Position numbers and translations under genes: made by a program. A stretch of DNA of 64,000 bases. Origin: Spirochaetia bacterium. GTDB lineage: Bacteria > Spirochaetota > Spirochaetia > UBA9216. The notes under the pieces are model-generated. The model saw only the letters and a program-made list of their open reading frames with translations, searched no databases and had not been told where the DNA came from. The stretch is taken from positions 1,920,001-1,984,000 of the forward strand of contig CAXXYH010000003.1 of the NCBI GenBank assembly GCA_963677925.2, in the 5' to 3' direction. Below are positions 63,938 through 64,000 of the stretch, in pieces (within the stretch, counting starts at the first letter, position 1; each line of letters starts with the position of its first letter).

Positions 63938-64000
63938 TTTATATCTCCTTTCAAATTTTAAATTGTCAATTTTTATAAATCTATCTTCAACGTCCAGGTG

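Overview
Gene-dense chromosomal window, most likely from a free-living spirochaete (Spirochaetales). This is inferred from spirochaete-style lipoboxes, long chemoreceptors, a TatT/TatP TRAP locus and the ftsK-uppP-lytic transglycosylase gene order. I saw no rRNA, tRNA, CRISPR, IS or phage. Bases 1-20 kb are sensory: six chemoreceptors (including a tandem pair with C-terminal CZB zinc domains and a tandem dCache pair ending in xFxxF pentapeptides) plus a hybrid kinase and a REC-PP2C-kinase regulator. Bases 20-45 kb are metabolic and housekeeping genes (rex, marC, MMPL, MFS, cysteine desulfurase, MATE, ftsK, uppP, slt, rsmG, mnmG, mnmE). Bases 45-64 kb hold a four-gene exported-protein operon, a patch of frameshifted genes (alr, a FecR-like gene, pepT), a TPAT transporter with two binding proteins, and leuS. 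Best candidates for new biology: (1) the 45.5-51.6 kb operon of LPP20/CsgG/FlgT-like proteins, one fused to a predicted beta-barrel; (2) an Hsp70-peptide-binding-domain/TM/LysM protein; (3) at least nine genes with leaderless promoter geometry; (4) membrane-anchored CZB receptors. All domain calls come from reading motifs by eye; no searches were run.
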